Positions 1 to 18,257 are shown, counted from the stretch's first letter. The stretch is 64,000 bases of DNA from Epithemia pelagica (GCA_946965045.2 OX337239.1:3038001-3102000), one strand, 5' to 3'. Notes: a model not told the origin generated them from the sequence alone. Numbers and translations are program-made.

Positions 1-2
1 TT

Positions 3-1271
3 GTCGCCGTGCCAAAATTGTATGGACATGGAGCAAAGAGATCCTTCTCGTCATGGAATCGGTCCAGATTTTGGAAGAGACCCTTAGTGTATCATTCTTA
101 TGGATACCATAGGATCTGATCTCGTGATCTGTGATGAGAAAGGCTTGCAATAGACCATACCGATATAGCGTTGGCCTTGACATTGTCCAAAAATTTCGTA
201 GGCTCATTTTATCCTCCATTGAATCGTATGACAAAGCAAACAAGACTCAGAAATTCTTAGCGTTATTTGAATTTTCCCCATAAAAACGATAAGAACTGAG
301 AGATAGTCAGGATCAGTTGTTTTCTCCGAAGTACATCTTCTTGCAACCGCAAACAGAAATCCTCTTACCATTACTCTTCGAGAAGACCGTTCGATATCGT
401 ATAAAAGATGGAAGACTCGTCTTGGTTGAATACTGTTGCAATATGGAATCTCATCTCGAATACACGATTTGATGTTGAAATTTCGTTTTGTCTTCGTAGC
501 GGTGATAGGAATGTTATTCTCACTGAAGATGTTGCGGCAGCCAAATGAATCAAAAACGAATTCAAGGATCTTGTAGACAGGATTATTAATCACGAGGGAC
601 GACTTGATGTGATTTCCATTATGAATGGTAATCAAAAAACAGAAGAGCACCAGTGTCAGATGGGCACATGGGCAGACAGACCGGAATTCCTTGACGGACC
701 CTTCATCTGGAAACAAAACTTCCTCGAGACATGTCTTGTTTGTGGTAAATTCACCTGTAATCAACGGGTAACAATATACACATGCAAGCATTGTTTTGGT
801 CCTTTACAAGTACCTGGGTCGTCTTCATCTTGTGATACCACTTGTGCAAAGACTCCCTGTACTTCATCCATGAACATGTCCTTCGTATGGGAGTTCTGTA
901 TGACTTTACGAGAGGCATTCCAAGCGTGGTTTGACTTCCACAAGTTTGGAAAAAACAGAAAGATTCCCTTTTTTGAATATATCCCAGCCGAAACTTGTGG
1001 GATTTTGACAAAAACGGTCGGTAAAGTATGGAGAGAAAAATTGGAGCCTTATTACGACGAGGATACCAAGTGGCGTAGTCCATCTCATTTCATTCACACC
1101 GAGAAACAATGGGCATTGTGGCTGATTTCTTCACCACCTGGTTGCTCCTTTCGCAACTATATGCCTATTTTTACTGCATGTTATCATATAGCACAGGAAA
1201 ATCCAAAGAAACATGCTGCTGGTGTATCACAGAGTGCTCGCAAGAAACAAAAGACGTGGAATGCTCCCTGA
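3..1271 (+). pseudogene. Unknown Cys-rich (zinc-finger-like) protein; open part 609-1271, probable decayed 5' extension
   Basis: ORF 609-1271 has CxxC pairs (CLVCGKFTC...CKHC). The same frame runs back to base 3 through 7 stops (5 TGA, 1 TAG, 1 TAA). The upstream extension is weakly supported. Confidence 0.35.
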
Positions 1272-1310
1272 ATTTGTTTTTCCTTCGTGATGAATGCATC
1301 CAGAAAGAAT

Positions 1311-3326
1311 TTATAATGTTCCGCTACGAATACCTTGAACCGTCTTGGTTATACCATGGTCCTCTCTTGTTTTGTTGACAGTTGCATTCATAGACCTGGA
1401 ACTTACTGCCCAAAACCAACTAATAGTGTCGTTCTTCATGTTCCCATCTTTATGTTGTCTTTGTGTGTGTATTGACGTTCCATGCCGGATCACACGTCCA
1501 TCCCATAGAACCGAAACCCCATGAAATAGTTGTATACAAAGACCATGGTATGTAGTACCATCATACTCCACAAGAATATGCGGCAAAACAAAGAACCAAT
1601 TTTGGGAGTCACCTGGGATTGTCTCTGTCCAGATTGCGAATGAAACAGAACCATCGTGAACATCATAATGTGTCGTGTTCATGAGGTTCAAAATCAGGGT
1701 AATGGCTGAGGTCATACCTCCGACTCTTCCTCCGAATTCACTAGGCATTTCTTCGCCAGCTGAATCTTCTAGATACCGGAATGTTGGAATCACCCCAGGA
1801 TATTCGCGTTCACGGAACCTTTTTGCCGCTGTACTTATTTTCGGCAGTATCATCGATAATGTCTTGTCCTTTGTAAATAATTTCTCGGAAACGAAAGTAG
1901 AACCGTTTCCTCTTGCCGCAGTATTACCAACAGTGGTCATAGATCCCAAGTCTCCCTTATTACATCTGGCATTGGCCGCCTTTCTCTGAGACCCAGTACG
2001 TGTAAATTCCCTTGCTCTGTGGTGTAATAGGTCCAACAATGTCTGGTCCTTCCGTAACAGGAATGTCACTCGAATGTAACTAAGTGACTCTGGTCTCCCA
2101 TCATTTCGGCGTGTCGGAACAATGAAAGTAATGTTTCCCCGAATACGATGGTCGTATACCAGTGGCCTTGGGTGTGTACCGGACGACATTTGCAACCATA
2201 GGTTTCGATGCAAAGCACCGCTAACATATCTCCGACTCCCTTTCTTATCTGAGTCATTCCTCTTTATAATCAGCCTTGTTCGATATTGTTCCCGTGACAT
2301 GTGATGTGTCATCGACTGTTTATTCCCTGGCTTTTAAATCTTTCCCTTGTCATCGAGGTACACGTCAGGAGGTAAAAGTGGGCTCCTATCCTCCACATCG
2401 GACCATTGGTAACATTCCTTCACAGTTTTGCCATTATTAGTAAGATGTTCACCCCAATCTAGACTCCAACAACGATGAATCTTTTTCAAGAATGCATTAC
2501 TTGCAGGTTGGCCATCTTTGTGTCGCAGACGTAACCAAGACAACGGTAGTGGGACTGACAACGATGTGATGTTGGACGACCTTGACAGTTCTTGAAATTG
2601 ACGCACACATGTATAAAAACCCCAGCCAAAGGGAAGAGGATAATGATATCTCTGAAGAGGTGATCATTTTCGTCAAGGCATTAATTTTTTGTTAGTCCGA
2701 ATCATCATGACAGGATCTTCGAATATAGAGGATGACACATGTGTTGTCTTCTTCCTGATTTCTCTATATCTTGTCCTCGACAAGGTACATTCCAATATGA
2801 ATGCATTGTGGATCGTTTTAGTTACAAGACCCACCGGGATTTGTGCAACAATCATAGGACAACATTCTGGTGTAATGTTCGAATGACTGACAACGTCATC
2901 TCTTGTCTCCACAACATCATCCACAGCCTTGTTGTATATTTCTGGGATACGTGCAAAGACACTTGGGATATCTTTCATATCGACCTTCCGTTGTATCATA
3001 TCCTTTTCAAACGACAAACCAAAACAATCTTGATCGTCGTAACTTCCAAAGCAACGCTGCAGTAGATGCAATAGCATCCTTATTTGATCGATGTCCTTGT
3101 CCAAGACAAAGTAGCACATTCTTTCATGTGCACTTTCGTTCTGATGCGACATGGCGACCACTGTTTCACTTATACGTTGCGTTTTCTCTTTTTCGTACTT
3201 GGCATAGGTCTCCTGTGTACATGTGAGTCTCGAAATCGTCTGATCCGATGCCAAATCTTCGAAAGTGAGAAAAATATGTTTCTTCTTTATGGATGTCACC
3301 TCCGCTCTAGGATGTGTGCTTGTCAT
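1311..3326 (-). pseudogene. TET/JBP-family 2OG/Fe(II)-type dioxygenase gene; catalytic ORF 1311-2312 is open
   Basis: NLMNTTHYDVHD aligns with the JBP/Naegleria-Tet NFxTxxHxDxxD motif (HYD at 1662-1670). WFFVLPH follows, then WDGRVIRHGTS with the distal His at 1482-1484. ORFs 2673-3326, 2334-2606 and 1311-2312 are all one frame, broken only by TGA (2673-75), TGA (2664-66) and TAA (2334-36). Confidence 0.72.
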
Positions 3327-3433
3327 TTCCGAACTTCTTGTACTACAAAGACATAGTTAGTACGCGGATAGAAATGCCAAATACCTGAAACTAGAACGTC
3401 TCTTCTCTTGATGGAGAGTACTAATAATATAGA

Positions 3434-6400
3434 TCAGACTTGCCTTTTCGCTTTTGTGTTGATGATCGTGACAGTAGAAGATTCAGTTTGGTCTCTCCTA
3501 TTCTTCTCCCTTTGTTGTTCTTTACTCATGGAACGGATAGTTTCCAACGGTACACGACCCCATGCTGTCTCTGGAAATACAGGGACCGGTCTGTAGAGAC
3601 CACGATGTTCCTCTTTTGACACGCCAACTTCTTCAACTGAACCATCATGTGCATTGGTGTACGTAATCGAAGCAATATCTCCGTTGCACAAGGGGCAACT
3701 CTCGTTGATTTCAGGAGGTGTCGATTTCTGTTTCCCCATAGGAACTTGTTTTTCGGTGGTAAGGACATGACCAAGACACACCTGACAAAACTTGTGCCCG
3801 CATCTCTCGATCCGACAGTCGTTAGGACGCTGTCCATGGTATATGGCACAATATTGTTCGGAGTCTTCATCATATTCGTCTAGGACGATTGTCTTGTCTT
3901 TCTTCGCGATTAATTCTGTCTCTTGTAGATCGTGTGGTATTAGCTCAGCATGACTATGACCACATATGGAACAAAATCGATTCTTCACCGAATTCCGGAT
4001 GAAAGTACATGTTGGACAATGATAATGAGGACAGTTGGAGGTTTCTTGCCTTGTCCAACTCACGATAGAAAAGGTCCGACTTCTATCCAGATCCTTTTTA
4101 AGCAATGAGGTCCCACAAGTGGAACAGAGTGCCTCTTTCTGATCTTCATCGTTCAATGTTCGTACCAGATCCAAAAATCGCCGATCTTCGCAAAGTCGTT
4201 CGAGCGCCTTGTCCGCTCCTGTAATCTCTTGTATCACTTTAATGTCCTCGAATCGTTCATCGTCGGAATCCAGCACATCTTCCATTACCTCCCCTCGATC
4301 TTTCCCTTCCATTATAAACCGGCGACTGCGTTTGATCCTTGGACGTGTATTGTCATTAACGTCCTTGAAACATACACGCAGAGTCGAATCACGTTTCGCT
4401 CTATTGATAGCCGTACTCACGATATGATTGCAGGCCTTGTGACATTCTCGCCTACACGATGGCAATTCTTGAGCCCATTTCCCCATCATCTGATCACAGG
4501 ACATATAAGGGGACGCCTTTGACAGGATCTCGTCGATCACACGTATTATTGATACTTGGGGAAGCGGACACGCACTTGGTGCCACCGGATTCGGATACTT
4601 CTTATAAATGAATCTCCAGTCACATCCAACGAGCTCCTCCTTTATATCAACGCTCAAGAATGATTGGATTTTCTTATCGTCGTCCAATAGCCTTAGTTTC
4701 CGAAGACATTGAATCACTGTAGGCCTCCACGAGCGAATATCCCTTGTCAATAATGGATCGAATATCAACACTTCTCTTTGATGTGCTTGTAAGAGGATTA
4801 AGACGGGATCAAAAGCTTCATACTTGGTAGTGACGACGACCAATGTAGTATCGGAAGACGACGAACTCAAATCCATTGCAGTCGTTGTGTCCATTCTCAG
4901 ACTATCTTCGTCGATTTGCTCAAAGGAAACGGACTTGTTGTGCCATTTATGAACCACCAGCACAAGCATCGACCTGAATATAAGGGGAGGGATCCCCTTA
5001 AACTTTGTCGTCTCTTGAGTATTCGTCCGTAGCAAAAGGTTTCGTCTGTACTGGCGATGTGGGACAAAAAGGACGTCCATTTTCCCATTGTCATGTTGTA
5101 GAGAACCATTCTTGTTGGAACAGCAAGCACAGGTAAAGACAAATCGCAAAACAACTTCATGGATGCTTCCCTTTCGTCTAACGGCACTTTCTTTACAGAG
5201 ATCCCAAGCTTCATTGATTGCTGACATCGACTGTTTGAGGGACCAGTTAGCCATATGAATCAAACGGTCATTAGTGAAAGATGCAAGGTCGTCTGATGGA
5301 CCAGGTTAATTCTTGAGAGGAGGTGGTTTCTTTGATATTCCTTTAGGTTTGTCGCTACCGTGGTCAACATGTGATTTACTTTCCAACAGACCCACCTTCG
5401 ATTGAGAGGAAGATTTTTTGTCGTCGCTTGTTTTCTTTTTGTGGTTTCTTTTTCAATGCAAGAGTATCAAAAATGGAACTCCAATCCTCCTCGCTTGCTG
5501 ACAGAGACTGAGATGGTGATTTGCTCTCGTTATTTGAAACAGTGAAAATGGTAGAAATTGTTGCACCATCACATCTACTGTCTGACGCTCGTTTACGGCG
5601 TTTCCTGTCTTGAGATTGTTGTTCATGTCGCCCCTTCTGATACTCCTTCGTCTTTGTAGCGTATTCCCGTTCCGTCGTCTGGTAATATGAAATTAGAACC
5701 GCCAAATTGGAATAGTCGTTCGCGGGATACTTAGCAGCTCTTGGTATGTCAAAATAAGGACGAAACCAGCAATCAGGAAGTGTAAGGGCTAATGCTTTTT
5801 CAACATCGACTCCTTCCATTTCATAGGAGTCAGATTCCAATACCCGATAGACAGCTGCCATATGTTGAACGCTCCAATCCATTTCTCGGACTGGTATTCT
5901 TCTGTCTTTCCGAAACTTTGATCTATCAGACGTCATGTAGTCCAATATTTTTGCAGCCACGACATTAAGCCGTCTCTCCATCGAATACGAGTTGAGGACA
6001 ATATCAGCGAGCATAGGATGGGCTCCAAGAAACACCTTGAAGGATCGAGTAAAGCTTGCGCTCGACTTTGATCCTGTCGTGCACGTGAATTCCTTGGTGT
6101 CCCACAGACGAAGTGCGTCTCCATATAGAGTTTGTTCGAATAGGTCGATTCCTGGTGAAATAAAACTACCAGCTCCGTCACTCTTGTTTCCCTCTTGTTG
6201 TTCTTCGATCGTCTCTACAAGTCTCAGTATCTTTGGGAAACAAACAGCAGCATGCGAGGCGATATCACTGAAAATACTTGATCCACAGCGCAAGAGGGAT
6301 ACGAATATGGTTTCACCTCCATATGTAGTGGAGAAATCTGTCCAATTATCAGTGTTGGAATAAACAGAACGATACCAATCGATTGTATATTCATAACATA

Positions 6401-6446
6401 TCAAGTCTGGGAAATATCGATCGGAATCTTCTACCGAATCAGCCAT
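3434..6446 (-). pseudogene. ~1000-aa protein with a RanBP2-type zinc finger and a C-terminal RING finger (open part 3434-5263)
   Basis: YHCPTCTFIRNSVKNRFCSICG is RanBP2-like. CAIY...CGHKFCQVC...CPLC is a RING with one ligand changed to Tyr. ORF 5376-6446 can be joined by one frameshift near 5430 and one in-frame TAA near 5307; this join is inference. Confidence 0.55.
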
Positions 6447-6529
6447 ATTAACGTGCGATTCAATCAGCTTGGGGAAGAAACAAGGAGAAATTTTCTTTTG
6501 ATGCAGGGTTCCGATGCAACTTGATACTA

Positions 6530-7330
6530 CCGTTTCTCAAGCTTGCGTGATGGAAACCCTGTTCTCCTTGTTCCTATCTGAGAGTGGTAATCTTGTGGAC
6601 TGACAGAATGTGAGAAGCAACGGCAACAGAGCAATCCAACAGGGTCTTGGTCAATAGGGATGGAGGAGTGAAGGAAATGGGTGTACCAACTTGATGTCTC
6701 GGTCCTTCCAGTCAAGAATCAGTAGCAAATACAACAATCCAATAGGGTCTTGGTCGATAGAGATGGAAGAGGGAAGTATGGGGGCGAACCAACTTGGTGT
6801 CTCGGCCCTTCAACAGAACCACCAATCAAGATACAGCAATCCAATGGGGTCTTTGTGGTCGATGTAGATGAAGGAGGGAAGGAGAGTGGTGCACCAACTT
6901 GGTGTCTCGGCCCTTGTTCCAATCGGGAAGGAGTAGCAACACAGCAATCCAACAGGGTCTTGGTCGATGGAGATGGAGGGGTGAAGGAAATTGGTGCAAG
7001 AAGGAGTAGCAATACAGCAATCCAACAGGGTCTTGGTCGATGGAAGTGGAGGGGTGAAGGAAATTGGTGCACCAACTTGGTGTCTCGGCCCTTGTTCCAA
7101 TTGAGAAGGAGTAGCAACACAGCAATCCAACAGGGTCTTGGTCGATGGAGATGGAGGGGTGGGTGCACCAACTTGGTGTCTTTTGCCCTTTGTTCAATAG
7201 AATCCTCACCAATCCAACCGTTCAGAAGCAGCGGCAATCCAGCAATCCAACCAGTTTTGGTCGATGGAAATTGATGGGAGAATGAAATGGGTGCACCAAC
7301 TTGGTGTCTTTGCCCTTTTTCAAACAGAAC
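6530..7330. repeat. Degenerate tandem minisatellite, ~100-110 bp unit, 6-7 copies
   Basis: Recurring CAATCCAACAGGGTCTTGGTCGATGG and CACCAACTTGGTGTCTCGGCCC blocks. Confidence 0.85.
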
Positions 7331-7508
7331 CACCAATCCAGTCGTTCAGAGCGTTGAAATTTGTCTTGTGGGATGATAGGAGGGAAGAAATAGTTGCCAA
7401 ACAGCGATCACATGGTTGGGTTTTCATGGAAACAGAAGAAAATGATTAGTGGGCATATAGGAAAACGACAAAACGAACTCTCACTGTTGTCTTGTCAACT
7501 TGGCTTAC

Positions 7509-11800
<4,292 letters not shown>

Positions 11801-13239
11801 TCAATGACTGTTTCGATGTATGCTTCTTCTTACATGCTAATTCGTGCCAGGCTATTCCTTGTCTATGGAATCCTTCACCACAAAACATGCAGAAACGATC
11901 ATACTTCCCGCTATTCGATACTGTATATTTTGATTACTCTGGGTTCTCATTTGTACTGTGTGGGAGTTGCTTCCTCTATCTTCCCATGGTCGCTCTAAAG
12001 TTATCTTGTTATTCCCTTTGGAATCGAATACAACGTAACAACCAACAAAGGTGGACGAAGAAAATAATGACATCAGTGTCGTGCATACTTAGGTACGTGG
12101 TCCACCCTGCTTCTGGGGGAGGAATACTATAAATATTTCTGGGGGAATTAACGGTCGAGAATTTTTTTTAACATTGGGAAGAAAATACGTTGCAAGCGTG
12201 CAGGTCTATAACGGGAAACCTGATTTCTCGGCTGTCGGCAAAATTTCAAACTGAAATAAATACAGAACGATTCCAACCAAAGCAAGTAAAAGAATTTCAA
12301 ACCATGATACCAACCGAGTCTGAAGCACCAAACGAGACGATGTGTTTTGAAACATGGAACCAGGACTCGTTGTTTCTTTCTAGTACATTGATTTGGAACA
12401 GTGCTCAGGTTACCCATAAACTGAAAGAAGTGTGGACAAAATGGCAACGACCGGTAGACGCATACAGGTGGATCGAGGAAGCAATGCCCGTCAAAAGGCA
12501 ATGAGTGACCGCAACACAGCATACAGAGACAGACACGAAAAAGATATAGAGAAACAAGAGAGAGAGGCCAGGCAACGCCAACAGAACCGGGAGAGACGGC
12601 AGGCTCAAGATAAGGAAAACCAAGTCGGAAATCAGGCTAACAATCGTCTCTCGTTATCTGGGCAAAGTACTTATGTTGGAAACGTAGAAGAACCTGCATT
12701 TGAAGACAATGATGGATCGGTGGAGCAGGGTTCAGGTGACAGTCGATCCAGACCTCTATTTGGAGACTCCACGATGAACGATAATATGAGAGACAGAACA
12801 GACACTACAGGTTTGAGAACACAGCCAACAACAATGTCCCAAAGGAACCCCACCAGAGACAATGGTGTGTAATATATCATTTTTGACAATCGTCACATGG
12901 ATCATACTCACACTTGTCCCTCTAATGTACTCAACAGACACAAATCAACAGAGTATGTCTGATATAGCACAGCCAGTCGGAACTGAAGTTAGTAAGTTGT
13001 AATGAAATTCCTTTGAAGAACGGTTGACATTGAAGCCATCGGCAGCTAATACATGTGGGTGATATGATGGGAACAGGTGGACATGTCGCTCATGATGTTT
13101 CTTCACTTTTGGATATGTCCTTTACCACAGGTGGATTTTCCAATCGGAGCCATTTTACAGCTGTGACACATTTGACATCATAAACTCAAAAGGCAAGAAA
13201 AGACTCATCTGCATCTGGTGACATGCCAGTTTCTGAAAC

Positions 13240-14316
13240 AAGTTCCTTCAAATAGTTTGCTACCAGGAATTGTTTTAGGGTTTGCAAATATTGGAGTGAC
13301 GAGGATAACATACCAGATGAAAAAGGGTTGTACAAACTTGCAAAGACTTACTTCAAGGAATATTTTCAAAGGAACGGGCTCACTAACAAAAACATGAAAG
13401 AGACATGGTAGGTTGAACATGTTCCTCACATGAAAAGATATTTGGGAGTGAAAAGGTCGAATGAACTTGCCACATTCGCAAGAGCTTTTAAGGGTAAGAC
13501 TCGACCCCCATCAGACTGCCATTGTGTTCTTCTTCTTGGCTTACTTGTGTCTCTTCATCTTCTATAGCCCAACTCAAGAAGGATATATGGAGGTTTTACA
13601 AAGATGGCGTTCTCAAAAACACGTTCCCAACGATGTTTCCAAATGATGAGTATGGGAAAATGCCTTCGTTGGATGAGATGTTGGGAATGAGAGGAGATGA
13701 TTGTAATAATAGTGCTTATGCATACATGATCTTGGTGTTTGCTACAGCTGTCTGTGGAGAGTCAGTGACGAAGGAAGTTTTTGATTTTGACCCATCAGAC
13801 AAAAATATACCAGAAGATGAAAAGAAGAGATGGTTGAAGAAGGCAGCAAAGAAAATTACACCAAACAATGAGGCATTCATGTTAACAATTCTTGAGGACA
13901 ATTGGGATGTGTGGACATTAGAGGCAACCCTTCAGCTGAAATGGTCAATCAAGGCATTAGACCCTATTTGGTATGGTGATATGAATGTTGAGAAGGAACA
14001 AGTAAGTGAGCAAGTGGATAAATAAAGATATTCCGGAAGAATGGGTAAAAACAGAAAGATGGATGCAAGAGGGTTGAACAGGTATGAACAACTACAAAAC
14101 AATGTTGTTGAAGACAGGAAGAAAGAGGTAGACAATGAATTTTGGAGATTTCTCAATACAGAGTATTGCAGAGTGATGAACTATGGTAATAAAAGAAAGG
14201 GTGGTAGTACTGGGCAACGGAAGCAGAAGTAATATCTATGTGAGGAGACTGAAGATGAGGAGTCTGTGGATGGGGATGACGATGTGCAAGTGCAAACAGT
14301 ATTAGTGCCAATTTAG
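13240..14316 (+). pseudogene. Spliced gene of an unknown TE-associated family (…NEAFMLTILEDNWDVW…GLNRYEQL…VVEDRK…)
   Basis: A 74-bp intron at 13494-13567 (GTAAG…TATAG) joins FK-G/CC(A)QLKK in frame. There are nonsense codons relative to its inverted copy, e.g. TAA where the copy has TAT and TAA where it has TTA. Confidence 0.6.
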
Positions 14317-16112
14317 GTAGAGGTTTTATGTCAGAATGAAGAATAACATGATTGCCAAAATTCCAGTATGACAAGTCCTAGTATGCAGTGATGATGCCCA
14401 TGAATTGAAAATACTATGACCAAGTAAAAGCACATGTGTTGTTAATATCATGTCAGGGGAATGTCCATGTGTGGTTTATACTATGACGGTGGAATGCTCA
14501 TGTTGTTGTTTGTATAATGTGAACATGATGTTCCTGGGTATGTTCAGTATTGACTGTTCATGTCCATTTGTGTTCTGGTTTCATTCATGGAAAATGTACA
14601 TACCGGTGGTATGAAATGGATGGCAATGTACCCCTATTATGAAATGAAAATGTGCCAACTTTCGGATAATTAATGCGCCCATTGGGGTAAATTATATGTA
14701 TGAATTGGGGGCATTTTATGTACAATTGGGGTGCATTTTATGTACAAATGGGGGGTGCATTGGGGGTGCTTTATTACCCCCTCAGATGCGTCCTTCCTCT
14801 TGGATCCATCCAACGAGCAATTCATGTACGACATAAATAATAAACACAACCTTCCACAAAACAATCACTGGTACTTGTACCCAGACAAATGGCACATTCT
14901 TGCAGATCTGATACTCTTGGTGTTGGAGATGAATCGGTTAGATCGATGACTCTTTCGTCATGCTCTCTTGTTGGGACTGATGGAACATCCTCTAAGATTT
15001 CTTCTCCATCCACAGTATGGTTAGATCTATCCATCGATCCCACGTTGTTGTCATCTCCAGGTGATACAGAAAGATCCACCAGCATCAAAACCATCGTCCC
15101 CTGGGTCCAGCAAACACCTTTCACAACAAACACATGTATTCATATCCGCTAAAGATCGCAAGTACACCGGAATCTCATTCCTTGGCAATGAAATATTGTC
15201 GTTGGCCAGTTGATGGCTATTCATAGCACATGTGTAGTTATCCGGGTTCAGATTACGATCAAAGTTGTTTTCCGATTCAAAATTATGTTCGTCACCATCG
15301 TAGACATCGTGAATAGTGTTCATGTCTCCACGGTAGCATTCCACCGTCATAGTATAAACCACACATGGACATTCCCCTGACATGATATTAACAACACATG
15401 TGCTTTTACTTGGTCATAGTATTTTCAATTCATGGGCATCATCACTGCATACTAGGACTTGTCATACTGGAATTTTGGCAATCATGTTATTCTTCATTCT
15501 GACATAAAACCTCTACCTAAATTGGCACTAATACTGTTTGCACTTGCACATCGTCATCCCCATCCACAGACTCCTCATCTTCAGTCTCCTCACATAGATA
15601 TAACTTCTGCCTCCGTTGCCCAGTACTACCACCCTTTCTTTTATTACCATAGTTCATCACTTTGCAATACTCTGTATTGAGAAATCTCCAAAATTCATTG
15701 TCTACCTCTTTCTTCCTGTCTTCAACAACATTGTTTTGTAGTTGTTCATACCTGTTCAACCCTCTTGCATCCATCTTTCTGTTTTTACCCATTCTTCCAG
15801 AATATCTATATTTTTCCACTTGCTCACTTACTAGTTCGTTCTCAACATTCATTTCACCATACCAGACAGGGTCTAATGCCTTGATTGACCATTTCAACTG
15901 AAGGGTTGCCTCTAATGTCCACACATCCCAATTGTCCTCAAGAATTGTTAACATGAATGCCTCATTGTTTGGTGTAATTTTCTTTGCTGCCTTCTTCCAC
16001 CATCTCTTCTTTTCATCTTCTGGTATATTTTTGTCTGATGGGTCAAAATCAAAAACTTCCTTTGTCACTGACTCTCCGCAGACAGCTGGAGCAAACACCA
16101 AGATCATGTATG
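13721..16112. repeat. Inverted duplication: arms 13721-14498 and 15335-16112 (778 bp each), spacer 836 bp
   Basis: Both arm ends pair exactly and give the same coordinate sum (29833), so there is no net indel. The ORF translations are near-identical. Confidence 0.95.
14780..14910 (-). pseudogene. Degenerate RING-finger fragment
   Basis: ECAICLGTSTSDCFVEGCVYYLCRT*IARW. Confidence 0.4.
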
Positions 16113-16131
16113 AATAGGGCATTCCTTCCAT
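15517..16131 (-). CDS. Partial, uninterrupted copy of the unknown TE-associated protein (inverted arm)
   Basis: 204-aa ORF that lacks the two nonsense codons seen in the + copy. Confidence 0.45.
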   Translation of the reverse strand: MEGMPYSYMILVFAPAVCGESVTKEVFDFDPSDKNIPEDEKKRWWKKAAKKITPNNEAFMLTILEDNWDVWTLEATLQLKWSIKALDPVWYGEMNVENELVSEQVEKYRYSGRMGKNRKMDARGLNRYEQLQNNVVEDRKKEVDNEFWRFLNTEYCKVMNYGNKRKGGSTGQRRQKLYLCEETEDEESVDGDDDVQVQTVLVPI

Positions 16132-16420
16132 CGCTCATGAATAAAAAACACTGTTCGTTCCAACGTCAATGGAGTCTTCTTCAGGGCGTCATTGAAAGCT
16201 ACAGGCAAAACCCGAACCAACATGGAATCCTCCTGTTGCTCTGACATGTCGCTTGATATTATAAAGGTACCACTCCTGCAAAGATATCAGTCCCGAAAGA
16301 AAGTATTAGTGACAACTGGCTACTGCCTTTTCACCAGCTTGTTTGTACTTTCTTGAAACGACAAGGAGCAAGTCACAATTCCAGATGTGCTTACAAAATG
16401 GAGTCCACCACAACAGGAAA

Positions 16421-16843
16421 CAACGACCGCAAATCAAACCAACACTCAACAATCCAACAAGAATAGATTCGAGATCAAGAAAGCGAGTCCAAAGGTTTCC
16501 GGTACCCAAGAAAGGAAAGCGATCCAACCTAACCACCACAGGGTCACAGGCTCAATCCAACAAACAACACACTGAGTGAGACGGTCAACTCCTGGGTTCA
16601 ATAGACAGAGAGATTCGAAAATCCAACCAGCCAACAATCCAAACAGAGATTCGGAAAATCTGAGAGAGTCCACTTCCACAGGATACAACGACCGCAAATC
16701 AAACCAACACTCAACAATCCAACAAGAATAGATTCGAGATCAAGAAAGCGAGTCCAAAGGTTTCCGGTACCCAAGAAAGGAAAGCGATCCAACCCAACCA
16801 CCACAGGGTCACAGGCTCAATCCAACAAACAACACACTGAGTG
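16421..16843. repeat. Tandem duplication, period 265 bp
   Basis: ~158-bp near-identical blocks start at 16421 and 16686. Confidence 0.9.
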
Positions 16844-18257
16844 AAACAGCCAAGGGTTCAATAGACAACCTGCCAACAATCCAAACAGAGAATCGAAAGA
16901 TCAGGAAAGAGGTCGTTCGAAAGGCTTTCGGCACCAAGACACCAGCAAGAAATAAGAGTAGGGATCCAGCACAACCGCCACTGATCGGTTTTCAGGTGAA
17001 GAAACAAGCTCCTCTTGGGCGATCAGGTAAATTCCACCAGCATATAAAATAGATTCAATAATCAATGATACGAAATCCAACAAACCAACAATCAACCAAT
17101 TGTCTCAGGAAATTCAAATAACTTTATGTAGCACGGGATCCACCACCACAGGGTCTCAATCAAACAAACAACGGTTTTGGTTTTTTGGGTGAAGCAGCAA
17201 GCTCTCCAGTGAAGAGAAGGCAAATTCCAACAGGAAAACAATGGGCAAGACTCTGTAATACAATTCCAAATGACAATCAACTGTATTGTACCGATATAGA
17301 CTCTGAAATGGAAACAAGTGTGTATGTAGGAGGACATCAGATGATTTTGTTTGTTTGTTTGCTTGTTTGGTCTTGTTTTGTTGCTGCTTCTTTGATGAGG
17401 AGCGTTGGTTTGTGGTGGAGGGAGAGAAACCGGTCATCAAGAGAAAAAGATCTATGTGGGGGCACTCTAGAGATTTTGCTTGTAACTTCTTTCTATTGGG
17501 TACAAAAATTTAATACTAAGCGTTGGGATATGTGGTATTGTGGGGGAGTTTGATTGGTGAATAGCAAGAAACGACATGCGCACAGAATTCTGTGTAATGC
17601 GAATGTCTGACGAACATGTGTGCGCGAATTGCGCGAACGGAGCATAACCCCTCAGTCACGCGCTTGATTTGGTTGCTGTGCGCGTGTTTGGTGAGGTCGT
17701 GTGCATGATTTGAAAAATGGGCGCGTGTTGGGTCGGTTGTGCGCGTAAGTGCGCGAAAGTGCGCGGTTTTTGGAAAGGGGGCGCGGTTTTGGGGGGAGGG
17801 GGTGCATTTTCTGGAATGTAAGCGGGCTGGTTACCCACCACCACCCCCAAAACAACCCTTAGATGTTTTGGAGTGATAGGTATTTGATTGAGTACACTTG
17901 GAAAACATTGTAAATGCATCACTCCTAAGCGCTTCAATACTCTACTTGACAAATGGTGCAGGGTCTTTGGTCTGACATATGTCGGGTGTGCAATCGTGTA
18001 GAATGGATTGGTCGCTTAAATGGGGTGTTAGTCGCGGGTCGTGAGCATACTAGTCATTGTTGAGATAATAAGATTCAGGAATGTGCATTAAGAGAAATCT
18101 TATGAGCGACTTTTTGCTTTTACGTGTCTTAAAATGTAGTTAAATGTGCGTTTTGGTCCATTTTAGTGGTTGGGAGGTGCATTTGAGTGCATAAAATCCG
18201 CTCCCCCTGTGCATTTGGGGGCCCATTTTATGAAAAAGGGGGAGTTTTCCCCCCTTA

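Noticed and set aside
6530-7330. CRISPR-like repeat-spacer appearance
   Set aside because: The repeats are degenerate, the intervening parts are themselves homologous, there are no cas genes, and the context is eukaryotic.
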